Part shown: positions 34,130 through 41,250 of the stretch, piece after piece
Position numbering within the stretch: position 1 is the stretch's first letter
How the letters are laid out: each line of letters opens with the position of its first letter
Assembly: GCA_900617105.1 (NCBI GenBank)
Contig: UYFQ01000621.1
Span: 62,001 to 103,250 of the forward strand
Length of the DNA: 41,250 bases
Direction: 5' to 3'
DNA from: Hydrurus foetidus
Taxonomy: Eukaryota
The notes under the pieces: model-generated
What the model saw: the letters and a program-made list of their open reading frames with translations, nothing else
What the model was told of the DNA's origin: nothing
Database searches by the model: none
Program-made: the position numbers and the translations under genes

Positions 34130-35182
34130 ATGAGCTTCTTGGGTATCATCGTATCTTTTATCTTGGCAGCTAGCGACAGCAGCTTGCATGCTGCGGCGAC
34201 AGAGGAATCTTACCGCGTTTTGGGATGTCATCAAAGTAGTGTTCTTCAACACTGTCAATCGAAGTTCCCTCAATTATGCAACCACAACTCAGACTGCGTT
34301 CTTCACAAATCGGGAGTTTTTCTGCCTGGCAAAAATCCTTTTGATTACAGTATTACCAACCAAACATGTCCAGTGTTTACTCATGCTGAACCTTCCTGCG
34401 ATACATACGCAAAAGGAGAATTCATTCACGGTTTGTGGAAAACCAAGGGATGCAAAACTTATCAGCCGGACTCCCGATCGTTCCGAAATCATCTTACTGG
34501 AAGGAGAATATTGATGTCTGGTAATAGCATAGTCCGTCAAATTTTCCTACGATTAATTTGGCATGCACGGCACATCCCTGAAATCATTGAGCACTATTTT
34601 CATCATGATGCCTATTACGTATTCAATGGCACTCACGACTACCTCGGAGTGAATGAAAATTATAACAAGAAAACTTGCGTGATACAGAACCCACTTTTCG
34701 TCGCGGAATACCAGTGGAGTGACCAGACGGAATTTTATCAGAACATCGACCTATCAAGTAAATTCGACTTGGTTGTTGTCGGCTACACTTACTACGCCTT
34801 TAATGATACTATGCTGGTGAAGAATATGGAGAATGCTGCCGCAAAACTTGGCAACTCGATAATGTTTCTAACGATGCCTATGGTAGCGTGGAAGGTCACA
34901 CCAAAACCAAACGAAGGAGACGTTAGAGTGGTGAATAAGTGGATAGAACAGAACAGTAAATATCATCTACCACTGAATGAAATGGCGGAAACAAAAGTAT
35001 TCGGGAAAAATCCCGCTGATAATGTACATTTTCAATGCGGTTTTCTAATTCAATTTAAGGATCCTGTCACTGCAAAAGTCAAGATGCCGGCAAATGGTGA
35101 TTGCAGTGATAGAGTCAATCTCAATTTGGCGTTTCTTATGGCAAGACATTTAAGAACATTGCCTTGCAGAAATCATGGGTGA
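34130..35182 (+). CDS. Secreted or membrane-anchored SGNH-fold protein, PC-esterase/TBL-like (putative O-acetyltransferase/esterase), 350 aa, intronless
   Basis: CACC-ATG start, hydrophobic N-terminus (MSFLGIIVSFILAA), Cys-rich stem with G.W...C, GRRILMSGNSIVRQ (GDS-type block) and C-terminal DNVH (DxxH). Confidence 0.78.
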   Translation: MSFLGIIVSFILAASDSSLHAAATEESYRVLGCHQSSVLQHCQSKFPQLCNHNSDCVLHKSGVFLPGKNPFDYSITNQTCPVFTHAEPSCDTYAKGEFIHGLWKTKGCKTYQPDSRSFRNHLTGRRILMSGNSIVRQIFLRLIWHARHIPEIIEHYFHHDAYYVFNGTHDYLGVNENYNKKTCVIQNPLFVAEYQWSDQTEFYQNIDLSSKFDLVVVGYTYYAFNDTMLVKNMENAAAKLGNSIMFLTMPMVAWKVTPKPNEGDVRVVNKWIEQNSKYHLPLNEMAETKVFGKNPADNVHFQCGFLIQFKDPVTAKVKMPANGDCSDRVNLNLAFLMARHLRTLPCRNHG

Positions 35183-36019
35183 TGAGAGAGGAGTGATGAG
35201 AGAGGAGAGATGAGAAATGTTCTGTACCACGATATGCATACTTTACCTGGTGTACCCAATCATTTTTACGACAACGCATTATAGACTTACACTGCACATG
35301 TTTCCTCTCGTTTTTTCTTGGTGAAAAAAATGTCAAACGCAATAATGTTAGCTCGTAAAAGCACCGCATAGTTTTACACCAAAAAAATTAAAATTAAATG
35401 ACTAATGTTGTGCAAACGTTTGATAATAGATAAGATTGTTAGATAGTCGTAGTTTATTATCAAATATACATTTGTCGTTTCTCATTAGGATCGGAGGCGG
35501 CTTTGATTGTTTCAGCAAAACCGAACTGCCTTTCCAAACACTTTTTTTCGTACCACGTAATTTTTAAGAAATGACTTCAACACAAATGTCTTCAAGCATA
35601 AATCATATTACAATTAAAATTGAAGCTGATACAGACAAATATGGTGCAAAACTAAAATTATATTGAATATCCTACCTAGCAAAACAAACATATATAAGTT
35701 GAGGACATTATTTACGTAATTGTAGAAACGCTATCTTTGTTAGCTGCATGCATTTCTAAAATTTGATGACATTTGGAAATCAGAGCATGGAGATTTAGAG
35801 CTGAAATTCTCTCTAACAAAAAATCGCCTAATATACCGTACTCCGTACGCAGAACACAGAACTACTTGAGTAGTATGTACTTCAGTCTTCAGTACACCAA
35901 ATTTCTGTAATATGCGCAGGAACAACGGCAAAATTAATGTTGATAAATGATCTTCAGAACTTTTTCTATCTGTTCTTCTGTGAAACCAAAAAATCTACTA
36001 CTGCTATGTTGTAAATCAT

Positions 36020-36793
36020 CGCTGGAATCTGGGACTGAGTCCGTCTAATTCTGGTACAGGGCTCGCAAAATGACTCTGATTGTCAATCAATTGCTTGTTA
36101 TTTAAACTTGTGACCAATGTCTCCAATCATTTGCCACGACATCTGTTCGAACTGCAACATGGATATCCTGTATTTCTCTAACTAATCTACATACGTCACG
36201 CATTGAAGGTGCCGCGTCGGTTCCGTCAAGGGGACCGCACGCATGTACTTACACCTCGCACTCTATACGGTAGCCATATAACCGGAATATCCAACACACC
36301 CCTATGGCTACTAGAGTTCATAAATCATGTCATTCGGCATATTGCACGTATATTATTGTATTCAAATCAATGCAATTCAAGCAGGTCTTCTCATTCGCAT
36401 CCCGTGAGACACATCCTCTCATACATGAGCTGCGATCCTTGCAGCAACTTGGTTAAGATGTTGGCGTACATCTCCTTTGTATTCTTGTGCACCACCACAG
36501 CTTCCCAGACTGCACTCGTTTACGAATCCAGAAGTTGCGGATCCCGATATGTAGAGTACGTTCCGCTCCGGATCTGCCTCGTTCGACCAAAGCCAAGCAT
36601 GATGTGTTGTCTTGATAGATAGTGGCGGGTTTCATATCGTATCCTTTGGATATCAGGAAGTTTCGTAGGTAGGGTCCCTGATTTGCCGAATCGGATAAGG
36701 TCACCAGCTCCGCTTCAGTACTTGACTTGGTCACGATGCTCTGCTTGATGGACTTGCATTGCACTGCTCCTACATCCCCTATTACCACACGGC
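36020..36793 (-). mobile_element. Copia 3: degenerate 3' LTR (~36020-36296) and RNase H fragment, interrupted by Gypsy D
   Basis: VIGDVGAV..KQSIVTKSSTEAELV..SDSANQ..YQDN..MYANIL. The junction CCAACA|CACCCCTAT is the same as in Copia 2, and LTR motifs are shared with Copia 1 and 2. Confidence 0.85.
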
Positions 36794-39447
36794 TGTGGCC
36801 TCACTAGGATCTGGGCACGGGGGACAGGACAGCTGGGAGCGGGGGCAAGGGAAAGTGGGTTGCAGGAGCTAGTGCTATGGATAGCAATGTGGTTAGCTTA
36901 CAGATAAACACAGCAGGTATCAAGCAATGAATCGTGTGGATCGATCCGATCCGAACATACGCCTGTACCCGTACAGCCCGTACGGGTGTGCGGGTCACAG
37001 TGCCCCTCTCACTCGAAAGGGGTGAACTAACTAACAAAATTCATCATCAAAATACTAACTATGAATAACTAACTAAGTCGTTGAATAACTATTTCAGACT
37101 AAGAACTGAAAGTTCCTTACTGAATAAACCTCCCGAAAATCCCTGAGGATCCAATGTAGGAGGAATCTTTATGATGTAGTTAATCAATTTTGCTTTACCG
37201 GTTAACGGTAGTTTGCGATGAATTCTCGTGGTATCAAGTGTTTGAGGTTCTTTTTGATCAAGAACTCGTCTACTTTTTGCGATTTACGCATGTGTATTCA
37301 CGATTCCCATATGTTGTGTTCTTGAGTGTAGTTAAGCCACTTCACATAAAATGTGAGCGATTTGTATGCCCTTATGTTTCCTTTCATGTCTAGGATTTCC
37401 TCAATTAAGAATTCTAGATAATCTCTACGAGCGATGTCAGTTGGATCGACATGTGTAGGATCAAAGTGAAACGGTTTTAGTTGTGTCATGTGATACAACT
37501 TTTCTTTGTGTGTTACCAGATCGAGTAATGTATACTCTGCGAAGTTGTGACTGACGACTCGCATTGAGCCACGCAACAGTGTGTGCATGCGTGTTTCTGG
37601 TGTTGTTCTTTGTTGCACGAGCACAAATGTGTCGACTCCGAACTGTGTGACGTTGGGAGATTATTGTGCATTGTGCAGCGTTTTCTTTTGAACAGGTCCC
37701 CGAAAGCCGCTACATGTGACTGTAGCTGTCGCACCACGTTGACCTGGGAGAAGAAGCGACGCATCGCAAACTCTTAATCGTCCACGTCTTGTGGATTAAC
37801 GCGCTTATGTTCCTTATACTTGGCGGTGATGGCACCGTTAAGTGGCATCTTTTTCTCCCAGATAAGAGTAAGTGCCGCATGGTCTGAGGTGCTGAGTATG
37901 CCATGTACTTATACATGGTTCTCGACGACCTCACGAAATTGAGTCATGCAGCGCATCTCGACCTCCCTTTTGTTATAACAGAAGGCGAGATGCACTTCTG
38001 AGAAATGCTCTGCCAATGACTGTCCTAGCTGTGTATCAGCGCGGAAGTAGCGGAGGACTAGTGCCGCTACTTGAGGAACAGTCAAGGTTTGGAGCCACAC
38101 CTTACGTGTTTCCTCTGGGTATGGATAATCTTGATCCGTATGGATCTGGTCATCGATGCACCTGACTGCTTTGGTCGAGATGACTTGACCAACATCATAG
38201 TTGTTGGTCCATCTCTGGGAGTATTCATAAAACTCCCGAGCTGCCTCCTGTCCGATAATGCCTGATGCATTCATGTTGAGAACGTGAAGAACCGTCTGTA
38301 GGGCAATAGCGGAGATAGGTCGTGAACCGTCATCCACAGCACAGCCACCCACCACAAGTGCTGTAGAGGCCACACTAGGTGTGGCAAACTGTACAATGGG
38401 TACATTGATCGGTGACGTACGATCGTGTATGTACTGTGGTATCGGCGGTCGTACCGGGCGAGCTGACCGCCCCCTGCAGCTTGCACTCGGAACGCTGCCG
38501 TTTGGAGCTCGTAATCGATAAAATGATCAGTTGCGGGCAGCACCACGATCTCTGGAGGGGGTTAGGAACCCGGGTATCCCTTGGGATCTCCTGGATTTCC
38601 CGCTGGGGCTGCGGATTATAATCCGTGTCACCGGTGAACGTACGTGCGTACGTTGGGCGTTCCGGTGACCCTAGTGGAGAAGCTTATCGCTTGTGTGACG
38701 TGAGACCCTCTTTGGGAGGTGACGCGCGTCTGCGAGAAGCGTCCGATGTGCGGGTTAGTGTCCCAACGTTGTCGGGAATGTGCGTGTCGCGACTCTCGAG
38801 CAACCTAGAGTTGTCGGTACCGCGTACGGTCGTACGTGGCGTCATGCGACTCTCATTCGCACGTTCCCCCTCGTACCGGTTGTCGTTGTACTGACGCCCG
38901 TCGGTATTACGATTGCCCCTGTTGCAGGTATCTTGATGACGACGATCGTCATTTTGATGATATTCCCTTGGGGGGCTGTCATCGTAACCCTGTGGGGGTT
39001 CCTTACGACCTCACCTGTTGGAGTTACCATCTTCCTGACGGAAGTTGTCGTTGGCGTCGTCTCGAGAGTTATCGAAATTACGATTATTCGTCGAATAATT
39101 TCCTCTGTTCGAGTTGTCATTACGACGAGAATCCTCGTAGTTACAATTATCCCTCTGGGGTTATCACTGTGACGATGGAATGTGTCTCTGTGGTTATCCC
39201 TGTTAGGGTCGTTGTCTTGTTGACGATGGTCGTTTTCGCGACGCCCGTGTTGTCGTCGTTGCGACGATTGTTGTTGTTTCGTCGATCGTCGTATTGACGT
39301 CTGTTATCGTCGTTGAACTGGTTGTCGTTACCTCGACGTCCATCGTTGTCGTAGGCATGACTATCGTCATTCTGACGGTAATTGTCGTCATAACGACGAT
39401 TGTCGCTCTGACGTTGATTGTCGTCATTGCGGCGATCATCATTATAC
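36794..39447 (-). mobile_element. Gypsy chromovirus copy D (second family), internally deleted: gag remnant joined to integrase C-terminus/chromodomain, PPT and 3' LTR
   Basis: LTR 36794-36999 (TGTGGCC...GGTCACA), PPT GAGTGAGAGGGG at about 37003-37014, chromodomain EFLIEEILD..FYVKWLNY..HNIWE (37298-37624) and a gag homolog (37909-38373). No PR, RT or RNase H lies between them. Confidence 0.85.
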
Positions 39448-41250
39448 TGTAGTCCGGATAGGAAAGTAGGTCAATAGAGAGGAGGTCTTAGTTAGTTACA
39501 GTCTCAACTAGAAGCTAGGATAACTTCTACGAGTAGGCTAGAGCTAGCTAGCAGCTGCGCTAGAGATGTATGTGCACAGTAGGCGGTAGGATCGGATGGA
39601 TCGGGACTAGGTCCGGTACGGCCCGTAGGCCTGGTATAGCCGATCCGACCACATTACCCCCACTTATCTTTTTTCGAAGAGAAAGAATCTATAATGCGAC
39701 CACCACATTTTGTACAAAAATCTAATAAAAGCTAAAACTAACTAAAGGAAGAATAAAGAAAAAGATTACAAAAATGTAAATCTCGAAAATTTAAATATAT
39801 AAAAAATAAAAATCTATACAAATAGACTGGGTGGTGGGTCGGTCTAAGGCAATAAGGTGGGTGCCTAGTACCATGTACTTGCGTACGAGACCTCGATACG
39901 TAATTATGTCAGATTTTTACTGACTAAAACCATAAAATCTCCATAGAGGGAAAATTAGGAAAAATCTTCGAAAGATAATACCTTCGAGATCAGCAACTTA
40001 GGCTGATGTCTCAATGTTTTTGGGAATGAAATGTTTTATTTTATTGTCCCGTAAATAATCATGGAGTGCTTCACAGAGCCGTAGTGATTTCCACGACTCC
40101 CATGTATTATGAGAGTCATCGTAGTTGAGCCATTTAACATGGAACGACATTGTAGTCGGTTTCTTGGTGTCACCTGCGTGACCCAGAACTTTCTCAACCA
40201 CGAACTCCATGTAATGAGTGTCAGCAGGTATATCTACCTCTAGGTCATAATTGAATATTTTCAAATTTTTGACCTAAACACTTCATTTCTTGTGATTTAC
40301 AAGATTTGCGAGAATGTACTCGGACCCCTTAAACGAAACGATACAGTAAGGGCCATGCCACTTAGTATGTAATCGAGTTGGTGGTCGATCAGTGTATCGG
40401 CATAAGACATATGACCCCACGGGGAACACAGTCGCTGATTCTGCTGACGCGGCGTTTTTAGCATCCGCTTTTAACAAAGTTTGAACCGCAGTTTCAAGTA
40501 CTTTGTCTTGTGCACTTATCAAATCTGATATGTACGTTGATCTTGAATGTGTTCCGACACTTAAGTGTGGAGTGAGAATACCACGATTCAAATCAAGTTT
40601 GTTCCCAAACGATAAATGAGCGGGGCAAACACCTGTGCGTCTATTAATTGAACTGTTAATGATACGTTGCACGAATGGGATTGATTTAGCATATCCCTCA
40701 AGAGTTTGTTTATCAAAAACTAAACCTCTTAGGTGTCTATTCACCTCTTTGTTGACTCTTTCAACAATTGCATTCTCTTATTTCGAGTAAGCAAGGGTGA
40801 GATTACGTGGTGTTCTACAAAGATCTAAGAATTCTTTGATCAATTCATTTGCGAATCAGATCTAATCATATTTGGGGATCCAAATCCACCAAAATGCGCA
40901 AGCAAACAGTCAGCTGCTGATTTAGCATCTGCGTCTGCACACCAAAACAGTTTCGTCCATCGTGTAAATGTATTGATGATGACTAGGATATAACCTTTGT
41001 CAGGAAATGGACCAATATAGTCAACATTTAGCGTATCGAAGATAGCATAATTTGAAGTTGCGAAATGAGACGCATTGATCTTAGGATCTTTTGCACTCCA
41101 TTTCTGACAACACGGACAGTTCTGTATGAACGTACGTACATGTTGTTTCATGTTCTTCCAAACTTGTTGTAAACTAAACAACCGAGTCAGGGTGCGGTCT
41201 ACGCCGTTGTGACCTACAATTGCTTTGTGGCACATTTGAATGTATTCTAA
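39448..41250 (-). mobile_element. Gypsy chromovirus copy C (same family as A and B): integrase, chromodomain, PPT and 3' LTR (39448-39653); continues beyond window
   Basis: ORFs 40840-41235, 40283-40744 and 39998-40264 match copy A integrase and chromodomain. PPT AAGATAAGTGGGGG precedes TGTGGTCGG. Inserted in the gag region of copy D. Confidence 0.94.

Overview
Eukaryotic genomic window. The spliceosomal GT-AG introns are seen directly. A stramenopile-like protist host is only an inference from the CoDi-like Copia motifs (HVDD, DNQA, KSHTG). About 70% of the window is LTR retrotransposon: four Ty3/Gypsy chromovirus copies (three of one family, one of a related family) and three Ty1/Copia copies, several nested. 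Host sequence comprises a disrupted protein disulfide isomerase gene split by a 1.9 kb (TTCAAA)n array, a 7-exon Dsc3-like UBL/transmembrane gene, and an intronless secreted SGNH/PC-esterase-like gene. Top finding: two divergent Copia families lack a tRNA primer-binding site. Instead the 10-11 nt after the 5' LTR are perfectly complementary to a site inside their own LTR, with compensatory changes between families, a competing NCAAG-loop hairpin and a U5 stem. This is the architecture of Tf1-type self-priming, but in Copia. Other notable items are an 8-copy tandem array of a catalytically dead integrase core, a candidate GT-AG intron at the Gypsy gag/pol junction, a 72-bp extension capping one Copia insertion, and a fold-back at a Gypsy PPT/LTR junction. 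All coordinates were read by eye and may be off by a few bases.
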